Shown here piece by piece: positions 18,789-27,781 of a stretch of 64,000 bases of DNA. This stretch comes from Chloroflexota bacterium (GTDB taxonomy: Bacteria; Chloroflexota; Dehalococcoidia; Lucifugimonadales; JADFKI01): positions 925 to 64,924 of the forward strand of contig VXNZ01000017.1 of the NCBI GenBank assembly GCA_009840355.1. Reading direction: 5' to 3'. Under the pieces are notes generated by a model that was given only the letters and a program-made list of their open reading frames with translations, was not told the DNA's origin and ran no database searches. Every line of letters begins with the position of its first letter. Positions within the stretch are counted from its first letter, which is position 1. Both the position numbers and the translations under genes were made by a program.

Positions 18789-19037
18789 ATGACCTATATT
18801 ATTGCCGAGCCGTGTGTTGACCTGAAGGACAGCGCGTGCGTGGATGTTTGCCCAGTGGACTGCATCTACACCGAAGACGAGGACAACCAGTATTTCATCC
18901 ACCCGGACGAGTGCATCGACTGCGCCGCCTGCGAGCCTGTATGCCCTGTAGTCGCAATCTTCGCCGAGGACGACGTCCCCGAAGAGTGGCGCAACTACAT
19001 CGACCTCAACTACGAATACTTCGGACTGACGCGATAA
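18789..19037 (+). CDS. Ferredoxin (FdxA-like, 3Fe-4S/4Fe-4S type)
   Basis: 82 aa. Cluster motifs are CVDLKDSACVDVCPVDC and CIDCAACEPVCP. A GGAGG RBS lies upstream. Confidence 0.9.
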   Translation: MTYIIAEPCVDLKDSACVDVCPVDCIYTEDEDNQYFIHPDECIDCAACEPVCPVVAIFAEDDVPEEWRNYIDLNYEYFGLTR

Positions 19038-19361
19038 GTGAAAGTCTGAATTCCACTCACTCCTCGCAGTGAGGCCGGTCGGCAATCAATCGATCCCGCC
19101 TCACTTCGGCAAGGGCAGAAATTGGGGCAGTTTTGCTATCGCGCAAGAACGCGTATCGCCGCTTTGGGAGTTCAGGCGTGTATGCGTGAAGCGACTTGAT
19201 AGCATCGACTCAAAACCCTCCACATTTCGCAGCGATATGTGGGTGGGCTTTGGTATTCGGATGACGATATTGCCCAGCGGCTTTGCCCCGATTCGCACTA
19301 GCCTGCATTATCGGAAGCCGCTCAGCAATCTACAGGCAGCGCCAGGAGGTCCAGCATAACA

Positions 19362-21635
19362 ATGGTTACTATCGAATCCACGCCGGAAATGGCGGCGAAG
19401 GTATATGAGACTATCGAGCGCAATCTCGAAGTCGTTCGACGACGACTGAATAGGCCACTCACGCTCGCCGATAAGGTTCTGCTGGGACATCTCGACGACC
19501 CCGAAAGCCAGGAGATGATTCCGGGCGAATCTTACCTGAATGTGCGCCCGGACCGCGTGATACTGCAAGATGTGCTGGGTCAGACCGGCATGCTCCAGTT
19601 CATGCAGACTCAGCGCGAATCGGTTGCCGTTCCGACGACGATACACTGCGACCATCTGATACAGGCGCGCGTCGAGGGCGCTTCGGACTTGAGTGAGTCT
19701 CTCGCGGAGAACAGTGAAGTCTATAACTTCCTGCGCTCGGCGGCGGCGAAGTACGGCGCGGGGTTCTGGGGTCCCGGCGGGGGCATTATCCACCAAGTCG
19801 CGCTGGAAAACTACGCCTTTCCCGGCGAGCTCATGATTGGCACGGATTCGCATACCCCAAACGGCGGCGGGCTTGGGTCTTGCTCGGTCGGAGTGGGAGG
19901 CGCCGACGCCGTTGAGGTGATGGCAGGCCTGCCCTGGGAAGTATTGTATCCTCGCCACATCGCAGTGTACCTTACCGGCGAAATGAGCGGATGGACGGCG
20001 CCAAAGGACATCATCCTGTATGTCGCGGGCGAACTCACCGTATCCGGCGGCACTAACGCCATCGTCGAGTACATCGGGCCGGGCGCGCGCACCATCAGCG
20101 CGACAGGCAAGGCGACTATAACCAATATGGGCGCAGAAATCGGCGCGACGACTTCCATGTTCCCCTACGACGACCACATGGGCGCGTACCTCAAGGCGAC
20201 GAATCGCGGCGGCATCGTACCGCACGCGGAGGCGAACAAGCACCTGCTTGAGCCGGACGCCGAAGTGGAGGCGAATCCGGAAGAGCACTACGACCGAGTG
20301 GTGCGTCTCGACCTGTCCACGCTAGAACCGCACATGGTCGGACCGCACTCGCCTGACCGCGCACGCCCGATTTCGCGGCTCGCCGCGGAAGTGGCGGACG
20401 GCAGTAACGAATTCGTTGACGCTATATCAGCCGCGCTAATCGGCAGTTGCACGAACTCGTCCTACGAAGACATGAGCCGCGCAGCCGATGTCGCCGAGCA
20501 GGCGAAGGCAGCAGGCATAGCGACCGCAGTGCCTTTCATGGTAACGCCCGGCTCCGAGCAGGTGCGCGCAACAATCGAGCGCGACGGGCAGATGTCCTCG
20601 CTGCTCGATATTGACGCCACGGTGCTCGCCAATGCGTGCGGCCCGTGCATCGGACAGTGGCGGCGCGCGAATGAGGCGAACGCCGAACCGAATACAATCG
20701 TAACTTCGTACAATCGCAACTTCCCGCGCCGCAACGATGGCGCGCCGACAACAATGAACTTCATCGGCAGCCCCGAAATCGTCACGGCGATGGCAATTGC
20801 GGGCAGCCTGTCCTTCAACCCGCTCACCGACACGCTGACGGACGGCGAGGGCAACGAGTTCATGTTCCAACCGCCCGCGACCGCTCCGGAAGTGCCGAGC
20901 CAGGATTTCGCAAGCGGCGCGTCCGTCTATGAGCCACCGCCTGAAGACGGCAGCGGCATCGATCTCGCGGTTGCGCCGGACAGCGAGCGCATCCAGCTTA
21001 TGCAGCCCTGGCCCGCGTGGGACGGCAACGACTTCACCGATATGCCCGTCCTGATGAAGACGCAGGGCAAGACGACGACCGACCACATTTCACCCGCCGG
21101 CCCGTGGCTCCGCTATCGTGGGCACTTAGACAAGTTCAGCGACAATATGTTCATGGGCGCGACGAATGCTTACACCGGCGACGCCGGCACTGGCAAGAAT
21201 GTCATAAGCGATGAGGAAGGCAGGGCGATTTCCGCGATTGCGCGCAACTACCAATCGCAGGGCGTCAAGTGGGTCGTGGTTGGCGACGACAATTATGGCG
21301 AAGGCAGCAGCCGCGAACACGCAGCGCTGTCACCGAGACTGCTAGGCGGCGCGGCGGTCATAGCGCGTAGCTTCGCCCGCATCCACGAGTCCAACCTGAA
21401 GAAGCAGGGCTTGCTCGCGCTCACATTCCAAGACGCGGCGGACTACGACAAGATACGCGAGGATGATCGCATCAACCTCGTCGGCCTTGCGGAAATGGCG
21501 CCTGGCAAGCCCGTAGAGTGCATCGTTTCGCACGCAGACGGCACAAGCGAGACACTGCGTCTCAACCACACCTTCGGCGAATCGCAGTTAGAGTGGTTCA
21601 GACTGGGATCCGCGCTCAATCTGTTCCACAGATAG
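19362..21635 (+). CDS. Aconitate hydratase (about 750-aa 'mitochondrial-type' form)
   Basis: 757 aa. Contains IHCDHLI, GTDSHTPNGGGLG, CTNSSYEDM, ANACGPCIGQW and SYNRNFPRRNDG, which are the aconitase Fe-S ligand and active-site motifs. Confidence 0.95.
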   Translation: MVTIESTPEMAAKVYETIERNLEVVRRRLNRPLTLADKVLLGHLDDPESQEMIPGESYLNVRPDRVILQDVLGQTGMLQFMQTQRESVAVPTTIHCDHLIQARVEGASDLSESLAENSEVYNFLRSAAAKYGAGFWGPGGGIIHQVALENYAFPGELMIGTDSHTPNGGGLGSCSVGVGGADAVEVMAGLPWEVLYPRHIAVYLTGEMSGWTAPKDIILYVAGELTVSGGTNAIVEYIGPGARTISATGKATITNMGAEIGATTSMFPYDDHMGAYLKATNRGGIVPHAEANKHLLEPDAEVEANPEEHYDRVVRLDLSTLEPHMVGPHSPDRARPISRLAAEVADGSNEFVDAISAALIGSCTNSSYEDMSRAADVAEQAKAAGIATAVPFMVTPGSEQVRATIERDGQMSSLLDIDATVLANACGPCIGQWRRANEANAEPNTIVTSYNRNFPRRNDGAPTTMNFIGSPEIVTAMAIAGSLSFNPLTDTLTDGEGNEFMFQPPATAPEVPSQDFASGASVYEPPPEDGSGIDLAVAPDSERIQLMQPWPAWDGNDFTDMPVLMKTQGKTTTDHISPAGPWLRYRGHLDKFSDNMFMGATNAYTGDAGTGKNVISDEEGRAISAIARNYQSQGVKWVVVGDDNYGEGSSREHAALSPRLLGGAAVIARSFARIHESNLKKQGLLALTFQDAADYDKIREDDRINLVGLAEMAPGKPVECIVSHADGTSETLRLNHTFGESQLEWFRLGSALNLFHR

Positions 21636-21680
21636 GAATTTGTCGGAAGTTCAAGCAAGAGATAACGACAGGCAACACAC

Positions 21681-21706
21681 AGGGGCAACCAATAATGGTT
21701 GCCCCT
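21681..21706. terminator. Bidirectional hairpin terminator (aconitase / VOC convergent)
   Basis: A perfect 11-bp stem, AGGGGCAACCA (21681-21691) with TGGTTGCCCCT (21696-21706), around an ATAA loop. Confidence 0.75.
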
Positions 21707-21740
21707 TCTACTTGATGATGAATTTTGCGATTGCGCCGGA

Positions 21741-22172
21741 CTATTCCGGCTCGGTGCCGACCCATCCGCCCTGCGAGATGTCGATCATCACGCCGTCCGG
21801 TCCGCCGTACTTCGTCTCGACATTGCGTCCGCCGTGTCCTTGCTGCGGCGCCATACCACCGTGCAGCGCGTCATTCACATCGTCCATCGGGAACGCGCCG
21901 GCGCCCTTCATTTTGATGTCCGCCGCCGCCGCGTCATCTACCTGAAAGCCGATGTGATGAATGCCACTGTAATCGCTATCGACATCGCCGGTAACCACAT
22001 CGTTCTTGAACTTGAGGATAGCCATATTGACATTCCCGTCGCTCAGGTAATAACCGTCGGCATTCGCGCTGGTAACCTTGCCCACTTCTTCCAGCCCCAG
22101 CACATCCTTATAGAACGCCGCCGTCTCGTCCGGGTTCTGCGATGAAATTGCGATATGCTTGATTTTTGCCAT
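21741..22172 (-). CDS. VOC-family (glyoxalase-like) protein
   Basis: Frame of ORF 21741..22202. ATG 22172 is preceded by GAGGAG. The sequence begins MAKIKHIAISSQNPDETAAFYKDVLGLEEV. Confidence 0.85.
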   Translation of the reverse strand: MAKIKHIAISSQNPDETAAFYKDVLGLEEVGKVTSANADGYYLSDGNVNMAILKFKNDVVTGDVDSDYSGIHHIGFQVDDAAAADIKMKGAGAFPMDDVNDALHGGMAPQQGHGGRNVETKYGGPDGVMIDISQGGWVGTEPE

Positions 22173-22372
22173 GTCTCCTCGCTCTCGCGGTCCATGCCGC
22201 ACTAACTTTGTGTTTAGTTTTCATCGGAACATTGCTGCCAATATATGGACGACTGAAACGATTGTCAATCCCGCCTGTCCACTCTGCCCATTCCTATCAG
22301 TCTCACGCTACCCGCAGACTTTCGTTCATAGTAAAATACACCCACGAAACGATCGATTTCAGGAGAGAGCCA

Positions 22373-23194
22373 TTGCGGTGTCCAAATTGCCAGCGTGAAT
22401 CCGCAGGGAACGCAGTCTTCTGCAATCACTGTGGAACGCAGCTGCAAAAAATCTGCGTCAACTGCGATAGCTTCAATCCACTTGACAGTAACTTTTGCAG
22501 CCGCTGCGGTTCGAGCTTGTCTCCCGGTTTGCAGGAGTCAGAGACGCCAGCCTACCAGGAGGCACAGGCAAGTTCGCCTGCCTCTTCTACGGCATGTCCG
22601 CGCTGCCACAAAGTCAACGAACCCGGCTCCGCATACTGCTACTCCTGCGGGCTTCCGTTAGACGACATTGATGACGCTTCTCAGCCGTCAATAATGCAGC
22701 AGCCGCGATACCGCCCATATGCTCAGTCGGATACGCAACAGCCATACGAGGATTATGCCGCACGGCCTGCCGGCTTTTGGATTCGACTTGTGGCTGCATT
22801 GATCGATGGCGCTATTCTCATATCGTTCACTTTGATTCTGGTAGGAGTGATCCCGGGAGTTTCCCTCTCTGAGTATCTTGGCAACATTTCGCTGGACTTG
22901 GAACCTGAAGAAACCACTCCGCTCTGGTTCGATGTAGTAGATATTACTTTGAATGCGATGTATTCAGCAGTTCTTGTCTGGTTATGGTCTGCAACCATAG
23001 GTAAGATGATATTTAGACTTCATGTAGTACGTACAGATGGCTCCAAAGTCGGCTTCGGCAGGGCCCTTGCGAGATGGGGATGCTACTTCCTCTCAATCAT
23101 CACGCTCGGCATAGGATTCCTGATAATTGCCTTCCGCAGGGACAAACGCGGCTTGCACGACCTGATTTGCGACACAATGGTAGTCAAGCGGTAA
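22373..23194 (+). CDS. Triple zinc-ribbon (DZR-like) plus RDD-domain membrane protein
   Basis: Frame of ORF 22166..23194. TTG 22373 lies 5 nt after AGGAGAG. Three CxxC..CxxC ribbons are present (CPNC/CNHC, CVNC/CSRC, CPRC/CYSC). They are followed by an RDD-type 3-TM domain (WIRLVAALIDGAIL...RRDKRGLHDLICDT). Confidence 0.8.
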   Translation: MRCPNCQRESAGNAVFCNHCGTQLQKICVNCDSFNPLDSNFCSRCGSSLSPGLQESETPAYQEAQASSPASSTACPRCHKVNEPGSAYCYSCGLPLDDIDDASQPSIMQQPRYRPYAQSDTQQPYEDYAARPAGFWIRLVAALIDGAILISFTLILVGVIPGVSLSEYLGNISLDLEPEETTPLWFDVVDITLNAMYSAVLVWLWSATIGKMIFRLHVVRTDGSKVGFGRALARWGCYFLSIITLGIGFLIIAFRRDKRGLHDLICDTMVVKR

Positions 23195-23206
23195 GGTCGT
23201 CCAGCC

Positions 23207-24064
23207 GTGGAATTGCTGACTTATCCCCTGCTCGCCTTTGCGCCCGCCGTATTCTGGTTCTGGTTCTTCACGCGCAAGGACACCTACCGCCCAGATCCGA
23301 AAAGGCTCATATCCCTCACCTTCTTGCTCGGCATGCTGTCCACCATACCGGCGGGCATTCTCAATTTAATCTTCCTTGACGAGTCCGTCTTGGATGAGAG
23401 AGCGAACATCGCATCGGTAGCTAGGGGCATGCTATTAGTCGTGGGACCGGTCGAGGAGATAAGCAAGTTTCTGGCGGTATGTCCGGTGGCGTACCGCTCA
23501 TTGTACTTTGAGGAGCCGAGCGACGGACTTGTGTATGCCACCGCCGCGAGTCTCGGCTTCGCCTCTCTGGAGAACTTGCTATACATCCTCGAATTCGGTC
23601 CCGCCGTGATGATTGGCAGAGCGCCGTTAAGCACTGTGGCGCATGTGATATTCGGCTGCTTCTGGGGCTACGCGCTGGGCAGGCGCACCATAGCCGACTC
23701 TCGCGGTTTCATCATTATCGCAGGCATAGGCGCAGCTGCTCTGGTCCACGGCATGTTCAACCTGTTCCTGTTCGCCTTCCCGCCCATATCGATAGCCTTA
23801 GTAGTCTTGGGCGTCTGGTGGACGCTGCGCCGCTTCAATTGGGCACGACTGGTGTCTCCGTTCAGATATAGGCGCAACTACCCGCGAATCGCCTGTCCAG
23901 CATGCAGCCGGCGCATAAGCGTCATTAGCCGCTATTGCCAGTCCTGCGGAACACCAGTCTTCGCATATCATACCGAGATTTACTGCGGCAACTGCGACGC
24001 GCCAAATCGCCCCGGAGCAGACTACTGTACACGCTGCGGCGACCGCCTGTTGCACCGGACATAA
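23207..24064 (+). CDS. PrsW-family intramembrane metalloprotease with C-terminal zinc ribbons
   Basis: 285 aa with a GTG start. Contains the PrsW motifs EEISKF and HVIFGCFWGY...HGMFN. The C-terminus carries CPAC..CQSC and CGNC..CTRC. Only a 12-nt gap separates it from the preceding gene. Confidence 0.8.
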   Translation: MELLTYPLLAFAPAVFWFWFFTRKDTYRPDPKRLISLTFLLGMLSTIPAGILNLIFLDESVLDERANIASVARGMLLVVGPVEEISKFLAVCPVAYRSLYFEEPSDGLVYATAASLGFASLENLLYILEFGPAVMIGRAPLSTVAHVIFGCFWGYALGRRTIADSRGFIIIAGIGAAALVHGMFNLFLFAFPPISIALVVLGVWWTLRRFNWARLVSPFRYRRNYPRIACPACSRRISVISRYCQSCGTPVFAYHTEIYCGNCDAPNRPGADYCTRCGDRLLHRT

Positions 24065-24099
24065 AACCACCCCATCCTGCACATCAACGTTAACTCCCG

Positions 24100-26724
24100 T
24101 TAGCTAATCTCCACCGGACGGCTCGTCCTGTACCTCTCGAACCGCGCCGCAATCGCCGCATGCTTGGACAGCGTCAGCCCCGGGTCTGCATCCAAAAGGC
24201 GCTGTGCTTCCTGCTGCGCCATGCGCATGATGTCCCAGTCGGTCAGGCGAACCTGCTTCAGATCGTTCATGCCGCTTTGGCGGGTGCCCACATAGTCGCC
24301 CGCGCCACGTATTCTCAGATCTTCCTCCGCAATCTCGAAACCGTCCATCGTGCGCTCTAATATGCGGATGCGCTCGCGCGCGGACGCGCCGGGATTGTCC
24401 GACAGCAATAGGCAATGGCTAAGGTGCTCTCCCCTGCCAACACGTCCCCTGAACTGGTGCAGTTGCGCTAGTCCGAAACGGTCCGCGCCGTCGATGAGCA
24501 TCACCGTCGCGTTCGGTATGTCGATGCCCACTTCGATGACGGATGTCGCCACCAGAATGTCTATCTCGCCGCGCTGAAAGCCATGCATCACGGCTTCGCG
24601 CTCGTCTTGGCTTAACCTACCGTGCAGCAGTCCTAGCCTCAATTCGCGGAATACCAGCTTGGACAGGCGCTCGAACTCTTCGGTAGCCGCGCGTGCCTGT
24701 ATAGCCTCGGATTCTTCGATGAGCGGGCAGATGATGAACGCCTGCCTGCCTGCCTTGACTTCCTGCCGCACGACCGCGTATGCGCTGTCTCTCTGGCCTG
24801 GCTCTACCCAGTGCGTGCGGATCTGCTGGCGTCCGGGCGGCATTTCGTCGATTGTGGACAATTCCAGATCGCCTAGCATCGTCAGTCGCACGGAGCGCGG
24901 TATTGGCGTGGCGGACATCGCGAGCATGTGCGGTGTGCCGCCCCGGTTACGCAGGTTCATCCGCTGCATCACGCCGAACCGGTGCTGCTCGTCCACGACG
25001 ACAAGCGCAAGGCGTGGAATGTCCACCGCTTCCTGTATCAGCGCCTGCGTGCCAATGACGATGTCCACCTCGCCGTCCGCAATTCGCCTGTGCATTTCGT
25101 CTTTGGCGCGATTGGACAGGCTGCCCGTCAGCAGACAGATGGTAACCTCACTGCCGTCGTGCGGCATGACAGCCGTAAAGTACGACTCGGATGGCGTATT
25201 ACCCGCCTCGGACGCGGAATCACCGGCGAGCATTTTAGAGACGGTTAAGTAGTGCTGCTCGGCTAGAATCTCTGTCGGCGCCATAAGCGCAGACTGCCAG
25301 CCGTTGAGCGCCGCAACCAGCAGTGCGCCGGCCGCGACGACGGTCTTACCGCTGCCAACATCGCCTTGCAGCAGGCGGCTCATCGGGAATTTTCGCGTCA
25401 AGTCGCGCAGAATCTCGTTCAGGCAGCGCTGCTGCGCGTTCGTCAACGCATACGGCAGCGACGCCAAGAACGCATCCAGCCGTTCGTCGTCTGACGGCAG
25501 AGAGATTGCTCCACCGGACGACTGCCACTCAAGCCTGCGCTGCGCTACTACGAGTTGAAGCATCAGCAGTTCGTCGAACGCAATACGGCGGCGCGCAGTT
25601 TCCACTTGCTCTAGCGAATCAGGGTAATGCAAGCATGCGATCGCCTCGCGCAAGCCCATGAGGTCATACAGGCGCAGCGTCTCGTCCGGCACATACTCAT
25701 GCACTTTGGGCAGCGCGGAGTCCAGCGCCTGCTTGACCGCGCGGCGTATCGTCCGCTGGTACAAACCGTCCGTCAGCGAGTATATCGGTACCAGCCTGCC
25801 GGCGTGCGTCTGCCCTTCGCGCTCGTCGAATATGTCATAGTCCGGCGATTGGAACACGACGCGCCCACGATACACCTTCGCAACGCCGCTGATGACGATG
25901 CGCATGCCGGGCTTCAGCGTCCTGACCAAATACGCCTGATTGAACCAAACTACCCTGATGTTACCCGTATCATCGCCCAACACTGCTTGCGCGTTCCTCG
26001 ACCGCCCGCGACCGGTCTCCGTAACTTCCCAGACAGTCGCGATGACCGTCTGCGTCTCGCCTGGCACAACCTGAGCGATCTTGCGCACAGCCGTGAAGTC
26101 GTCGTGCCGGTGTGGAAAATGATACAGCAAGTCTTCTACAGTCGATATGCCAAGACTCTCAAGCCGAGTTTTGGTGCGAGCGTTCACGCCGCGGATCTTC
26201 GTAACATCGTCCTCAAGCCGCAGATTCAAGGGCTTGGTAGGAGGCTCGCGTCTGGTGGCAGGCTTACGCGGCGTGGCGTTGGACTTGGCGGAATGCTCCG
26301 GTGGCGTAGGTGGCTTTCGCTGCACGTTCTGCACCGGAGTTCCACTGGTGGAGCGGTCTGCCAAGTGAACTGGTTGGCTCCATTCCTGCTGTTTCCTTAC
26401 GGATGACTCGGACGATTTCGGTGCAGACGCGCCGGCTTGGGACGGACCGGCGCCAATCTTCGTTAGCATGGCGTCTGCCCAACGATTGCGCTGTGCCGCG
26501 GGCATATCGGCGTATGATGCCGGCAAGTCCAAATGCACGCCGATTTCGCCCTGCCAACGCCGCAGGAACGCGTCCAAACCGCCAATAACTGCGTCATTGC
26601 GGTATCCTCGCCGCCGTTCGAGGCGCAGAATGTTCGCGAGAGTTCGCAGCTTTTCGTTGCCGTTCGCGCTATTGCCGTTCGCGGTGTCGTCTCTTGTTCT
26701 ATCCATGCCCAAATTGTAGCGCAC
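24100..26724 (-). CDS. recG: ATP-dependent DNA helicase RecG (with about 190-aa N-terminal extension)
   Basis: 874 aa. Contains Walker A GDVGSGKT, the DEQH box, helicase motif VI QFRGRVGRG and the TRG-like C-terminus. The wedge domain is preceded by a low-complexity basic region. Confidence 0.95.
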   Translation of the reverse strand: MRYNLGMDRTRDDTANGNSANGNEKLRTLANILRLERRRGYRNDAVIGGLDAFLRRWQGEIGVHLDLPASYADMPAAQRNRWADAMLTKIGAGPSQAGASAPKSSESSVRKQQEWSQPVHLADRSTSGTPVQNVQRKPPTPPEHSAKSNATPRKPATRREPPTKPLNLRLEDDVTKIRGVNARTKTRLESLGISTVEDLLYHFPHRHDDFTAVRKIAQVVPGETQTVIATVWEVTETGRGRSRNAQAVLGDDTGNIRVVWFNQAYLVRTLKPGMRIVISGVAKVYRGRVVFQSPDYDIFDEREGQTHAGRLVPIYSLTDGLYQRTIRRAVKQALDSALPKVHEYVPDETLRLYDLMGLREAIACLHYPDSLEQVETARRRIAFDELLMLQLVVAQRRLEWQSSGGAISLPSDDERLDAFLASLPYALTNAQQRCLNEILRDLTRKFPMSRLLQGDVGSGKTVVAAGALLVAALNGWQSALMAPTEILAEQHYLTVSKMLAGDSASEAGNTPSESYFTAVMPHDGSEVTICLLTGSLSNRAKDEMHRRIADGEVDIVIGTQALIQEAVDIPRLALVVVDEQHRFGVMQRMNLRNRGGTPHMLAMSATPIPRSVRLTMLGDLELSTIDEMPPGRQQIRTHWVEPGQRDSAYAVVRQEVKAGRQAFIICPLIEESEAIQARAATEEFERLSKLVFRELRLGLLHGRLSQDEREAVMHGFQRGEIDILVATSVIEVGIDIPNATVMLIDGADRFGLAQLHQFRGRVGRGEHLSHCLLLSDNPGASARERIRILERTMDGFEIAEEDLRIRGAGDYVGTRQSGMNDLKQVRLTDWDIMRMAQQEAQRLLDADPGLTLSKHAAIAARFERYRTSRPVEIS

Positions 26725-26929
26725 ATTCTGGGCAGGCGAAACGAGACGCGGGGCTTGTGTAAAGGGGATTTTGCGGACTTACCGTCAGTGCCGATGCCTT
26801 GCCGCGATTCACCTCATATTGGTAATGCGGGCGCTCTTGTCCCCAAATTAGCCGTCCTCCACAGGGAGCAGGTGCTGCCGAATTACCGCGACGGATGAAT
26901 CCAGACCGTACTCTCAAGCATTAGATGCC

Positions 26930-27781
26930 CTACTGCCGACGCAGAAGTGATATGCCTAGCGCTTTGGGGCCGGTGTAAGTGCCTACGGCAGGCCCTATTT
27001 GGGCGGTGAAGGGCTGCTTGCCGTCGGGGAGCAAGTGCTGCAGTTCGGCGGCGAAATTGGACGCTTCGTCGGGCGTTGTGGTGTAATTGACACACAGGTC
27101 TTCAAGTGGACCGAATTCTTCGGTAGTGCGGCGCAGTCTTGCCACGCCCTTCTTGTGAGTTCGCTCTTTGCCCAACTCATCAACGATGCCTTCGCGCAGG
27201 ATAATCAAAGGTTTGATGCTTAGCAGCGTGGCGACCATCGCCTGCGCCTTGCCTATTCTGCCACCCTTTTGCAGATATTCGAGCGTGTCCAGCAGAACGT
27301 AGGTTTCGCAGCGGCCGATCGCGTTCTGTGCCGCGTCGATGACCACCTGCATGTCGCCGCCCGCCTGTGCCGCCCGCGCCGCCGCTATTGCGATCAAGCC
27401 CGTGCCCATACCGGCCATCTTGGAATCGACCACTTCCACGCCGCAGCCGATGTCTGCCTGTTCTGCGCCGGAGCGCGCCGAATCGACAGTGCCGCTTAGC
27501 GCCGCGGACACATGGATAGAGACGATGCCATCCGCACCGTCAGCGACCGACTCGTACAAGTCCTTGAACTCGCCGGCGGACGCTTGCGAAGTCGTGGGCA
27601 AGTTGGGGCTGTTCGACACACGACGGTAGAATTCGTCGCCGTTGATGTCAATGTTCTCGCGCAGTTCCTCGTCGCCGAAGATGACCTTCTGCGGGATAAC
27701 GGCGATGCCAAACTCATCCGCAACATCACTCGGCAAATCGGACGTGCTGTCCGTAACAATTCGAATCGTCATAACACTCAC
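26930..27781 (-). CDS. DegV-family fatty-acid-binding protein
   Basis: 283 aa. Begins IRIVTDSTSDLP and has the typical DegV length. It abuts the DAK2 gene with no gap. Confidence 0.9.
   Translation of the reverse strand: MSVMTIRIVTDSTSDLPSDVADEFGIAVIPQKVIFGDEELRENIDINGDEFYRRVSNSPNLPTTSQASAGEFKDLYESVADGADGIVSIHVSAALSGTVDSARSGAEQADIGCGVEVVDSKMAGMGTGLIAIAAARAAQAGGDMQVVIDAAQNAIGRCETYVLLDTLEYLQKGGRIGKAQAMVATLLSIKPLIILREGIVDELGKERTHKKGVARLRRTTEEFGPLEDLCVNYTTTPDEASNFAAELQHLLPDGKQPFTAQIGPAVGTYTGPKALGISLLRRQ

Noticed and set aside
19069-19359. A 96-aa plus-strand ORF and a 65-aa minus-strand ORF (19101-19298) inside the long ferredoxin-aconitase spacer.
   Set aside because: They have no RBS and no recognisable motifs, and their composition is unlike the neighbouring genes. 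I treated the region as non-coding.
24100-26724. The about 190-aa N-terminal extension of RecG, considered as a possible separate gene or novel domain.
   Set aside because: The reading frame is continuous and there is no internal RBS-supported start before the wedge domain. The extension is partly low-complexity. N-terminal extensions of RecG occur in several phyla, so I did not rank it as a finding.
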